A stretch of 64,000 bases of DNA from Toensbergia leucococca (lineage: Eukaryota). The stretch lies in contig JALDZS010000014.1 of NCBI GenBank assembly GCA_022813965.1, forward strand, positions 62,001 to 126,000, given 5' to 3'. The notes beneath the pieces were generated by a model. The model was not told the origin of the DNA. It made no database searches and was given only the letters and a program-made list of their open reading frames with translations. The position numbers and the translations under genes are program-made. Below, piece by piece: positions 11,679 to 23,969 of this stretch; the first letter of the stretch is position 1; each line of letters begins with the position of its first letter.

Positions 11679-14600
11679 ATGGACGGTGCAGCATCTAGCA
11701 AATATGCCTTTCCGATTCGTCAACCACAACCACAACCACCTCACAACCTCTCATCCTCAACACGACCGTCTAGACCAGAAGCTTTCATCTCTTTGAATTC
11801 TTCGCCGCCTCATCTCAACTCGTATGACTTGCGTAAATCTTTAGATTCGTTATTGCCAAGGAAGTCGTTGAAGAAAATCGGTAGGGCATTCGACTTTCGT
11901 CAACCACAACCACCAAACCCACTGCTTCCATCTACACCACCACCTCCACACTCACCCCCTCTGCACTTGACAAGCCTCTCTCTACTGTCAAGCCTTGACC
12001 ATCTTTCTCTAAGCCATCATTGTCAAATCAGAACTGGCAAAGGGGAGAGCTCTCGTGAATTTCCGACCGGAGTTTTCGAAAAACACGATCACTGCCCCTT
12101 TTTGCGACCGACAATAACCTTCGGGCCACCTACAAAGGCCTCCAGGGTTAACTGCACAAGACCAGCTGGTCTGCTCCTTGACTCCACAGGTATGTCCATC
12201 TTTGCATTTTCTTTTTCGCTTCAACATCGCCAGTCGCGGTCCTGACCTCCACGCTCGCGTTTCGTGTTCAACACAAAGTCATCACTTCACTTCCTCTGAC
12301 CCAAGTCCAGATACAAGTACTTTCGAAAAAGTGCTGCAGCATCGAGGTATCTTTTTTGATATCATTATTCCACATCGGTCTCTCGATTTTTCGTGCATTG
12401 CACCCACTAGAGACCAACCATTCGACCACTATCAAGTGTCGAACGAAATGCCTTTCAACTTCCTTGGCTCTAGGCGTCCTAGGTCCCAGAGTGCTTCAAA
12501 GAGTGAGTCGGACCTGAGGAAGACTTATACGCCTCCGAGAAGCGTCTACAATGACCTTGTCGCCGCCCACTCGGGAATCACGACTCGTAACACAGCCATT
12601 AATACGCCACCGTCTCCGTTTGACATATCACCATATCAGAGTATTGGTCCAAGTGGATTATCGCCACCTCCAACTAAATCTCCAAGTCCCTCGTTTGAGG
12701 CTAGCCGTGTTTTCGTCCCAGTCTCGAAAATCTCGCCCGTCACATCCACGTCGGGCCAAGGCATTTCTGGGAAAGCTCCCGAATCGCTATTGAGCCTCAC
12801 GAAATTTCGTTCGATCACTCAGGATGTTGACGATCCTTTTACCAATACCACTGGTCTTCATCGACGATCAGCCTCCGTAGGTGATCTAAGCTACTATGTC
12901 AACGACAGAAACTTTAAATATGAAGGTCTCCACCATGTGGCATCCGATTCTTTCTCAGGAGTTGAGCATATGCCACAACACTTGGCACAGTCAAACGTGG
13001 TCTACCATGACCATCCCTTCTCTGAAGAGTACACTCAGGGTGAGAGCCGGTACAAGTTAGGAGTACCAACGGAACGGGACCTAGTATTGGAAGCTCCAGT
13101 GCAGTATGATTTCGGTCATATTGAGGAGCAAACTCAAGATGAAGTATATGGTGACCAAGGCTTTGACAACAAACCATCCGACGAGAATGCAGATGAGGCT
13201 TTGTACAATAGCTTTCTCCAAAAATTCCACAATGACAGTATTGGCGATGGGTATGAAAACATGGACGAATATGAGACCGATATCGAGGTCATGATGGATG
13301 GAGGGCTTGCTGCTCCATACGATGACGGTGTTGGAGATAGTTCTTTGGTGAAGGTGCCGACGAGGTCGGTACCCAACTCTCCTCTGGGAGATAATTGGGC
13401 GTGGAGCCCTGCATGTAGCGACGATGGGAACGCCGCTGATGCTCTGGACTACGTTGCTCCGCTGAGTATTAGTCCCAAAACACCGAGGAAGGCGCCAGAG
13501 TCTTCTTTGCCAATGGGGCCGCCACCCCATTTTCAGGGCAAAGATTTCCAACGTGGTCGTGATGATTCGTTGGAGTACGCACCATCTCCCGATTCATACG
13601 GGAACACTCGTGCCCTTCTCGAGCTCGCAACCCCTACTAATGGTCATCGTCGACACGGCGATGAAGGTTTGGCACATGTCGCCAATAGCCCGTCTTCTGC
13701 TTATGCAAAGACGCCACTGCCGAATTTTTCATTCCCAAGGGGAATGGAAAAACCATATGCACGTTTGTCTGTTCTAAGCTCGGACGGATCGAGTAGATCT
13801 CGGCATTTGTCTCACATTGAGACGCAGACCCTAGAGCAGCAAATTGCTGCTCATTTAAGACAGCCAAGTGGCACTCAAGAACCTGATCGTCCTTCGGGAG
13901 CTCTGGGTCACTACGAAGGATATGAATGTGAGGCTAGGATCTCAATCGAATATCATAGTGCGAATGATAACCTGCCTGTTAATGTTGGACCAGGTGGTAG
14001 CCAGACCACTTCATCGATGTCAGCCATGCGTGCTGGCAACGGGACACCGCCGTTACTGTTTGGAAAGCGCGGTATTTTTACTTTTGACGAGTCCTTGTCT
14101 GCAGTGGCGAATAATAATATTCCTGGAGACAGCCTAGTTGAGGCTATTGAGGGGGACGATAATGCGGATTGGGAGACTGTTGCAGGGTCTCAAAACCTCA
14201 AGGCAGCAACTGGGAGCAGCCTCGCTGATAACTCGGATTCTGAGGGTTTAAGTCCACCAAAGTGGACTCCAATAGCTTCTCGGGCTCAGGTACTGCAGCA
14301 CCCAGCTCACTCTCGTTATACTCGGTCCTATAACCTGCTCAAAGACAAGCAGAGCGGTGATATTGTCTTAATGCCCGAGTATACTTTCACAGGAGGAGTC
14401 GGTTTTCCGAATAACAATGTAGTGACACCGCCAGCTGTGAGTCGTATGAACAGTTTTCCATATCAACACCCAGCGCCTTTGTCAAAGGAGCATTCTCATC
14501 CTTTCAATTCGTCACCGCCCGGAATGAGGTCAGAGCGTCCGTCGCTACAAGACCGGAGCGAATACATAATTCTTGCTAGGAACCGAAGTGCTTTGAATCA

Positions 14601-16110
14601 AAACACGATTGATGTACAGTCGAGTCCGTCACAACATGAAGGAAGCGATATGCATGCAAACAACGGTAGCCAGAGTATATCTTGCGAGTCTGGCCTTGGT
14701 GATCCAGTTATCAAAGACGGCCAGCAAGACCTGAGCTTCGCTGCCTTTAACTTCGGAGGAGTTGGTGCTGCGTATCCTTCATCTGCTTGGCTGAGTACTG
14801 CGGATGAGATGCCATCCGAAGATTATCGTGAAACTCCTGGTCGCCATGGCAGCTTCTCGAAGATGACCATGTTAGGTCCTAGAGCGAATGTGACAGGTAC
14901 TCCCCAGGGGACCGACGCTCGTGAGGTTGGGAGTAGTCTTGCAAATGCTAGTAGTCCTATCGCGAAGGTCGTCAGTAGTCCAGGTCAAGCTGCGAGTTCT
15001 CCTTTCACTCAACTTGCACCTTTCGAGGGGTCTGGATCACAAACGCAGACTTCCACTCCAGCAAAGATTTCGCATAGACACACGCACGACGGTAGTGTCG
15101 AATCTAGTGAAGCAAATTCGCCGGGAAACTTCTACGACTGTGTGCGTGCTCGCGCTCTAGATTACGATTCTGAGTATTTTGACGAGGACGGATTCCTCAC
15201 CACATTTCCTTCCGCAGTCATTAACTCTTCGGATATCATCAAGCATCGCCAACATTTGATTGAAAACTCTCTCCTTCCAAAGGCATTGACACCACCTCCA
15301 CAGGAGCCAAAGAGAATGTCTGTGCCTCTAGAATACATCACCCAAACGACTTCGCCAACCGTGGTGAAGGAGGTTGGTGGAAAGTCTACTGGGGCTACTG
15401 GTGCCAGTGTGGGACAGACCTCTGTTCAGTCTGCTGTATCATCGCCAGGACATCATATGCGTATGCGTTCTCCGATCCGTCGCAAGCACGGATATGCCTT
15501 GGCTTCTCATGCACTTGAGAACCTCGAAGGCCAGAATCTCAGCTCGGAATTCGCTACTAATTTTGCTTACAATGAAACAGACCCGATCGCTAATGCAACT
15601 TCTGCCACGACTAACAATGGGTCCAAGACGTTGAAGAAGCAGGGCAAAGATAAGAACAGCGACGCAGACAGCGACGAATTTGAGATGCTCGACTTACGGG
15701 TTGATCCAGAATTGGCACAAAACCTTCAGCGAGTCCGCACCTGGGACTCTGCTCGTCGACTTCGTGCCCCTCGTCCAGCTCACCAGCAGAATGTCGATCC
15801 TAATCGTCCGGTTGCTCGAGCCGAGTCGCCTCACCTCTATCGAGTTCCTCGTCCTAAAACCGATGCTCTACGTACTCGCGAAAAAGAGCTCTCCATAATG
15901 TTCTTTGCGCTGAGCTTTATTCTTCCATTCCTCCTGCCGTTGTACGGGTTTGGTAATCTGGATGGGGTGATGCGGTCATTGAGTAGAGGCGACATCGATG
16001 GTTTTCGCGAACAGGAAAAGAAAGCCGCGCGGGTCATTACTTATACTGTGATGTGTCTGCTCGTCATGGCAAGCATTGCTCTCGTCATCGTATGGTTGGT
16101 TCTCGAGTAA
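11679..16110 (+). CDS. Large Ser/Pro-rich hypothetical protein (~1436 aa) with two C-terminal hydrophobic helices; proposed exons 11679-12189, 12311-16110 (alternative start ATG 12448)
   Basis: 3.9-kb open frame; AAAATGG start context at 11679; GTATGT donor 12190, CTGAC branch and CAG acceptor 12310 join in phase 1; C-terminal IMFFALSFILPFLLPLYGFG and VITYTVMCLLVMASIALVIVWLV. Confidence 0.75.
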
Positions 16111-17820
16111 ACCAGCAACTCGCGTTTACGGTCTGCTGTTCGACATTCCACGACAACAGCGCAGCGACATCTTCGACATCAACTTTGCACGCCCAAGCTG
16201 GTAACCCCTGAATGTTCTTCACGTAGACCTGATTAGTCTCCAGAAAAGTCTTGTCTTTGCAGAGTCTCACCTCGCGATTTGTGCTTGGGTATCTATCTAG
16301 GAAGGAGGAGGCGGCGATCCCTTGCTACATTCGCATCGTTCGTGCTTGGAAAACCTGTGAGAGGGGAATCACCTTGCTACGTCCTGGTTTGCTCTGCAAA
16401 TGTTGTTTAAACTTACCTAGCTCCTTTGCTAGATGAAAATCCAGAAAAAATTTCAGATATTTGGTGAAACGTGATTAATGTGATTATGTATGCGATGATG
16501 AGCTGGGAGAGTAGAATGAATCCATGGATGTGTTTTGAGTGATATGTCCTCATACTACCCGCTTGCTTCTCCAGAAACTATGACGAGATACTGTAAGCCT
16601 ACATGATAGGTGCTTTCTGTCGATTCTAGTAATGCAATTTCCCTCTTGTCGATTCCCTCTTGTCGATTCCCCCCATCATATCCCTCCCAGAGACATTATA
16701 TTCACCTTACCTCATCTCATGCCCTCTTCTTAGTTCTATCTAACAGATACCAAGTGTATCAGACTTTGATTCGGAGTCAAGAAATTGACAAGGTTTGCTC
16801 TTACGAAATGTCAGATTCAAGGTATTCAAGAGACAGGAAGTCGCTTAATTCAAAGCCCTAGAGTGGCGTTTCTGAGGAAAAGAAGTGACCGTAGCTAGCG
16901 GGACATGGAATCACGCGCCGCGTCATCTATTCGCCGCATATCAAGTCTTTTTCCCAAACGCAACATTATTATTCTTCGAGCTCAAACCTATTCCTAATAC
17001 GGTCATCACATATCGCACAATGGCCTTCTGCATCACTTTTGGAACTCATGGTAATTTGAACTTTGATCACGGGGCGTTTTGTCCAAGCACAAGGCTGATC
17101 CGAGTTCACTCAGAATTCACAGCTCCGCTTGAGGGTTATCAAGGCATAACGGCGCAATGCCAGAATTGTGCGTCCCCATGAAGCAAGGCTTTTAATCTGT
17201 GTGGAGAATTGATGAGCTACTAGGCGGAAATTGGTCGGGTCATTGTATAACGCGATGGTAAGTTTACTATTAGAAATCCTGAGCCTGCCGGTCTTGTTGG
17301 AATCGTTGCTTACGCGGGAATTCGAGATACTAGGCCCTGGTTTACTGTATGCTTCGTGGTATGTCTGCCCACAAACAATAAGAAAATATTAGTGGATTAT
17401 TGCTGATAATATGATGCCCCATAGCCGGTACTTCCACTAGCCACGCATAAATACAAGGCATGTCTTCTGCCCCAAGATCCGATCTTCGACAGACTAGGCC
17501 TACAGATTAAACTGACTAGCAGTGGAACGAACGCAGGAGGTCGCATGTCCAGTCTGTAATTTTATGCAAGATCTAAGGTATCCACAGCTACCATTTCCCT
17601 TTTTTTAAGCTCGGGTGATACCGAGATTGACACTACTGCTGCAGTAATCGTCCGGACGTACAATCGCAGCATGCCTCAGGTGGGAACCTGATCCAAGGGC
17701 AAGGGAGAGGGCCGGGGCCGGGCGTTGGGCCTGGGGGAGGGCCGATACCGCAGCAGGGTCAGCAATACAAATGAAATAAGGAGGGGTGGGGTGTTGTAGA
17801 CAGGAAGCAACGGTCAAAAA

Positions 17821-18454
17821 TGATAGGATGGAGTCTCGGGAATCGGGCCGAGGGCTACGGCATATTGGGTAGGGAGTCATTGAAGGCGCATGTTCTGGAG
17901 CTACAGGATTCGTTTTCAGTATACAAGATCTTGAGAGGAGCTTTGTGTGATGGGGGCAAATTCTCCCTTAATGGCCCGATAAGCAGTCTCGAGGTTTTCT
18001 CACGGCCAGATGATCGTCTGCATCTTTTGAGACCAGGTCGTATGAAGCCCAAGACTTAGAGGCTAATCAGAGTGCGGGCATTGCAAGGCGGAGAGCATCC
18101 AATGAAGATCGATGCGATACCTAACAGGCAAACCCCTCAACCGCTTATCAATTCATCCCTAGCGGCCAGATAAGCAAGATCAACCAATGTATACCTGGGC
18201 TTGAACTTGTTGTCGATTTGTGAAGTCAGCGCCACCTTGACGGCACATGTAAAAGCAGACATTGAAATGATGCTACTATGCCTCATTGGTGATTATCAAT
18301 GGCTGATGAGGCAGCAGGGTCGAGCCATCTGGCTACCGCTCGAGAAGCTAGTCACGCAACACCGACTTGCAAAACACCAAACCCCACACTATCCGAGCAA
18401 CTTGAAGCTAGGATGGTCGAAATGTGAGAATGTGAAAAGTGAAGTTTCTTATCG
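17821..18454. promoter_or_regulatory. Cluster of HGATAR sites upstream of DUR3 (AreA/NIT2 nitrogen regulation)
   Basis: TGATAG 17821, CGATAAG 17977, CTTATCA 18144, AGATAAG 18168, TTATCA 18293, CTTATCG 18448. Confidence 0.6.
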
Positions 18455-18715
18455 CAACGTCAATCATTCTTTAGTCCCAGTGATGATCGAGATCCTTGCA
18501 ATTGCTGCAAGATCAGCCTTGATATGCATATAGAGAATGTGTCATTCAGCACTATATGAGCCCCAGTTTCCCCTCTCTATTTTATGTGCATTCTTCCATT
18601 CGGTCAAATAGACCTTGCTTGACCTTTGCTTGACCTTTGTTGAATTGTTCTTTTGCCGAACATATTAACCTAGGGTTAAGCCCGAACATTGATATAGAAG
18701 TCGCCCTTTTTGGCC

Positions 18716-21201
18716 ATGACGGTACCCCCTTTGAGTCAGGGCGTGGGCTATGGAGTCGTGCTGGGGTTGGGCTTCATCTTTGCTTTTGGAATGATTCTAA
18801 CTACTTGGTTTGTGACCATCTGCTGTTCTTTGATCCTATATTTGAACTTTTCATTTTCTTAGTATGAATACTAATAGAACTTGATGAGATCGTCAGGGTG
18901 TTGAAGAGATATCAAAATGAAGTCCAGACATCTGAGATGTTCAGCACAGCTGGCAGGACTGTCAAGTCGGGCCTCGTCGCCTCGGCCGTCGTCTCATCCT
19001 GGACCTGGGCAGCGACTTTACTTCAGTCTTCTGGGGTCGCTTATCGCTACGGAGTATCAGGCCCTTTCTGGTACGCTTCGGGTGCGACAGTGCAGATTAT
19101 CCTCTTTGCTACTTTGGCCATTGAGTTGAAGCGGAAAGCTCCAAATGCTCATACCTTCCTGGAAGTGATTCGAGCCCGATACGGCGTCTATACCCATTTG
19201 GTCTTCACCGTCTTTGGTTTAATGACGAACATATTGGTGACAGCTATGTTACTTACTGGGGGCTCTGCTGTGGTGACCTCTTTGACGGGCATGCCCACCG
19301 CCGCTGCCTGCTTCACGCTCCCGTAAGTAACCCCTTTCATTGCCAGGCTCCCTTAAACACTAACCATATCATTAGAATCGGTGTAGTTGCATACACCATT
19401 GCCGGAGGCATCAAGGCCACCTTCCTTACAGATTACGTCCACACAGTCATGATCCTCATCATTATCTTCATCTTTGCTTTCACAGCCTACACCACAAACG
19501 TGAACCTAGGCAGTCCGTCTAAAGTTTACGACCTGCTCCAAATAGCCGCAAAAAACCATCCTGTCGATGGCAACGCTGAAGGCAGCTATCTAACCATGCG
19601 CTCGAAAGAAGGCGCCATCTTCTTCGTCATCAACATTGTAGGGAATTTCGGAACCGTATTTTGCGATAACGGTATGCCATACCCTACCCCTTTTTAAGAC
19701 CGGACACTCACTAAAATCAACCTAGGATACTACAATAAAGCCATAGCCGCGAGCCCCGTACACGCCCTTCCAGGCTACATCATGGGTGGACTTAGCTGGT
19801 TCGCAATCCCCTGGCTCGCAGCCACAACCATGGGCCTCGCAGCCCTCGCCCTAGAAACCAACCCCGTCTTCCCCACATACCCGCTACGCATGTCCAATGC
19901 AGACGTTACCGCCGGCCTAGTCTTGCCCAACGCAGCAGTAGCCATGCTCGGAAAAGGTGGCGCTGCTGCATCATTGCTGCTCATTTTCATGGCCGTGACG
20001 TCGGCCAGTTCGGCCGAGTTCATCGCCGTGAGCAGCATCTTCACCTACGATATCTACCAGACGTATTTCAATCCCAAGGCCAGCGGGAAACGGCTCATCT
20101 ATATGGCTCACACGTGCGTCGTCGTGTATGCCGTCCTCCTCGCCGGCTTCTCCACAGGTCTCTACTGTAAATCCCACCCTTTACCCCCCTCTCAAGCCTT
20201 CAAACCATAAAAATCCACCTACTAAAACCGCCTTTCCCACAAACAGATATCGGCATCTCAATCGGATACTTGTACCTAATGATGGGCGTCATCATCTCCT
20301 CGGCCGTCCTCCCCGCAACCCTCACGCTAATGTGGTCCAAACAAAACACCATCGCAGCAACCCTCTCCCCAATCCTCGGTCTCGCCAGCTCTCTAATCGC
20401 CTGGCTCGTAACTGCAAAAAGGCAGTTTGGCAATCTCAGCGTCGACAGCACAGGCAGCAAGTACCGTCTCCCCCTCCCCCCTTCTTCCACCCTCCAAAAC
20501 AGAAAGAGCACAAATCCATTCCCTCATCTCCTCGCCCTCCCCCTCGACATTCTCCCGGGGAAAAAAAAACCAAAACAGCTAACCCAATCCCACCTAACAG
20601 CATCCCCATGCTCGCCGGCAACGTCGTCGCCCTCCTCTCCCCCCTAATCTACATCCCCGTCCTAACCTACGCCTTCGGCCCCCAATCCTACGACTGGAAA
20701 TCCATGGCCCAGATCCGCCTCGGCGACGACAGCGACCTCGCCGACGCCGCAAACGTCGACCTCGAACTCGTCCCCGGCGCCGTCGGCCTCACCGCCGCCG
20801 AAAACGCCGCCGAGCAGAAATCCCTGGCGCGCTCGTCGCTCATCGCCAAGAGCATGACGGCGGTGCTGACGCTGTGTTTGCTGATTCTGTGGCCCATGCC
20901 CATGTATGGCTCCGGGTACGTGTTTAGCAAGAAGTTTTTCACGGGATGGGTGGTTGTGGGGATCTTGTGGCTGTTTTGCAGCGCTGGTGCTGTGGGGGTG
21001 TATCCGCTTTGGGAGGGCAGGGCGAGTATGGCGCATACGTTCCGGGGGATTGTGAGGGATTTGCAGGGGAAGGGGAGGCCGGCGAGGAGGGTTAGTATGT
21101 TGGAGGGGATGGGGGAGAGGGAGAGGGAGGGGAGTGTGGGCGTTGTTGTTGGGGAGGAGAAGGGGGTTGTGGGGACTGTGGTTGAGAAGAGTGAGGAGTG
21201 A
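18716..21201 (+). CDS. DUR3: Urea active transporter (sodium:solute symporter family); exons 18716-18807, 18897-19322, 19376-19671, 19726-20166, 20247-20460, 20601-21201
   Basis: [80 protein letters not shown]; five GT-AG introns restore one frame. Confidence 0.95.
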
Positions 21202-21680
21202 TTGTTTTTTTTGTGGAGGTGGTGGTGGTGGTTGGGGGCTTTGTGTGGTGGCGTTTTGGAGAGATTGTTGTTTTGTGGTTTGTCGCTTTGCTTTGAGGGG
21301 TGTTGTATACCTGGCCTTTTTTTTGGGGAGAGAGAGAGAGGGTTTCGGTGCCTCTCTCCCCCACTTGGGATTAAGTCTTGAAGAAGATGCTTGGCCACCT
21401 CCGGCGCCTGAATACGAATTTTCATCTCCCGTCAACTGTTGAAGCAGTGCTACTAATACACTCATACCCGCATGGTTTGATATGTTGACACCCCACCCCC
21501 ACCCGCCTTTTTTCTTCCTCAAATGTGGCTCCGTTGTTTTCACCACCTTGGGTTGCGTGGGTACCCTTCTTATCTCCCTTGAACGCGTTTGTGGAAGAAA
21601 AAACATCAAATATCAACCTTCTGAAGGTCGAGCAAGAGTCCGCGCCATTCACCTGATTTGTAACCCAGCCTAAAAAAAAG

Positions 21681-22374
21681 GGGTGGTAGTAAATAGACAC
21701 CCCTTTTCACTACATACACACACCCCATTTTGATATCTACACACCCTCCCCCCCTGATTAGGCAATAATGAGGCACGGGCGCAATGTTGCAGAGGTAGGG
21801 AATCATCGCGCTTTTCATGTCAAATGGTGATTCCACTGACCTGCTGAGAATGTTGAGGACGGATCTCCCTCTCAGTCTGAGCTTGTGAAAGCAGTGATAC
21901 AAGGCGAGGTTGTGTTTGAGTGGGGAGGTAGAGGTAAAGGGGTTAGAGAAGGTGAAGAGTGAGGAGGTAGAGGAAGAGGAAGAGGAGCTAGGAATGTTGG
22001 AAGGGCAAGGAGGTAGGGGAAGAGAAAGAGGAGCTAGCGGGGTGGAGGTGAGGCGGATGGGGAGCCGGAGCAGCCAGGGGTGACGGGGAGAAGGTGAAGG
22101 AAGACATGATGATTCAGGTGAATGGTGAACTGTTTCAGGCCTTTCATTTGTAGGTATAAGTAGTTTGAGGACTTCTAGATGGCACGCAACTGAGGAGGTT
22201 GATGACATGCAAAAGAGGTTGAGAATTGAGGCAAGATGTAAGGAGAAATCATGACGATTCCCTACTTCTGCAACTTTGCGCCAGTGCCTCATTATTGCTT
22301 AGTCAGGGGGGGGGTGTATGTATCAAAATGGGGGTGTGTATGTAGTGAAAAGGGGTGTCTGTCTACTACCACCC
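21681..22374. mobile_element. Non-autonomous DNA transposon (Mutator-like) with ~125-bp terminal inverted repeats
   Basis: GGGTGGTAGTAAATAGACACCCCTTTTCACTACATACAC... at 21681 is the near reverse complement of ...GTGTATGTAGTGAAAAGGGGTGTCTGTCTACTACCACCC ending 22374; flanked both sides by AAAAAAAG (21673-21680, 22375-22382). Confidence 0.85.
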
Positions 22375-22815
22375 AAAAAAAGACACAAAAGTCTTCGCTC
22401 GCTTCGGTATTCTCACACGATCGATCATTCACGTCCAGTGAACAGAGAAGACGATAGATATCAAGAGTGTAGTCTTTTTCTGGTTCGCGGCACTCTCAGG
22501 TAGAAGAGAATTCAACCTGTGGCAGCAATAGAGTAATTAAAAAAAAGAACAAGAAAATCTGATCCGTTCGCTCCTGGATATGATTCATTCCCGTCAGTAA
22601 TATGGGAAAAAGGGGCTTCATTGCTCTTGCAAGGTTGTCGCGCTTTTTTTTAAATTCCCAAAACACCCCAGATACAAAAAGGATCACTCAAACGTAGCAA
22701 GCAACTATTTGTTCCCACAAAACAAACACCCCCTTGAAAACTCTTGGTCGCTTTGAATTTCTTTTCATGTGATTTTGTTCCCCGTTTAATTGAAAAGAGG
22801 AAAGACGAATTTCTA

Positions 22816-23617
22816 TCATTGGGTCTTGAACAGCAAAATCGCGCAATGTCCCAGGTAAAAGTATATAAAATGCCGAGTTTCTAGATTCATGGTCGTTAGC
22901 TTTTTCATTTCCGAACTACCCCCCTCCCCCCAAACCCCCTTTCTCTTTTCCGGTCTCGCAATCTCTGTAAAAGTAGAGACAAACAGGGAATTAGGAAAAT
23001 GTACCGTGTGTGACAAAACTCCCAAAGTTGCGCCCGACGATACAATGCCACGTCGCTCCCTTCCTCGAATCAAACTGTGCGCAAAATCACATCCAGGCAT
23101 CAGCATATTTTATTTAAGTCTATTCCCTCCTGCGTTTGAGTGGACAAGGAAAAAGCCGCAAATGGGAGCTGAGGAGCGTTACCTCTCTCTTGATGTATTG
23201 CGCTATATCCTACTCGGTTGTATCAGCGCCTATTATTCCCATTTGCGTTTCCTCGTAAGCGTTTGGAAGAGGTGTTGGACTCGAACCTTTTCGATGCTGT
23301 ATTTTTCCATGGCTTCGGAGGCTTTGTAGGGTGTATGGTTAGCTGGGGTTGTTGGCTAGTGGAAAGGGATATTCCGAGTTTAGGGGGTAGAAAGGAGGGG
23401 GCGCCGTACCGACTTCGACAGCCTCTTGCTGCATGTCTTCGCTCTTTGAGGGGTGAATGCGCGTTAGAAATCTGGGTTGAGGGGGTTGATGGAGGGAAGG
23501 TAACCATGTCTGCAGATTTTATCTGCGCTGAGTGGTGTCAATTATGAGAGGCGGGGAGGGGAGAGAAGGAGTACCATCGAGTTTCTCTTTCTTTTCGGCT
23601 GGGGCTGGAGCGGCCAT
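22816..23617 (-). CDS. DYN2: Dynein light chain LC8, 98 aa; exons 23617-23575, 23527-23505, 23443-23410, 23321-23287, 23209-23183, 23074-23005, 22880-22816
   Basis: Spliced product [98 protein letters not shown]; six GT-AG introns, exons total 297 nt. Confidence 0.97.
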
Positions 23618-23969
23618 TTTGGGGGAATTTGGAAGGGAGGGTGTTTTTTGTATGGAAGAAGAAATAGTGATACGGACGAGAGTTGATTTAAATGGGGTAT
23701 TGAGGGAGAGGGGTGCTGGTGGTGAGGCGGCTCTAGTAGAGACTGGGGAGATCTACGCCAAGACCTTCAAATTTGCCTGGAGCTATGAGGCCGCACTCTT
23801 CTCGGCCACTAGACCTGAGAATACTCCACGAGCTCCATATCACTCGGTCTTTGTCTGCAGTGGCATACATGATGCAAATACGTTCAAAGAAGACATAGGA
23901 TTATTCTATGAAATGAAAAGTGTAGTATTTTCACAAAAGCTGCTAATTATACTACATTTGCTAGGTTCT

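Noticed and set aside
16641..16668. 14-bp tandem duplication CCCTCTTGTCGATT
   Set aside because: Simple slippage with no further structure
20662..21609. 315-aa and 245-aa antisense ORFs over DUR3
   Set aside because: Shadow frames caused by extreme C/G skew; no recognisable domain
21606..22292. 228-aa minus ORF
   Set aside because: Runs through both TIRs of the element; low complexity
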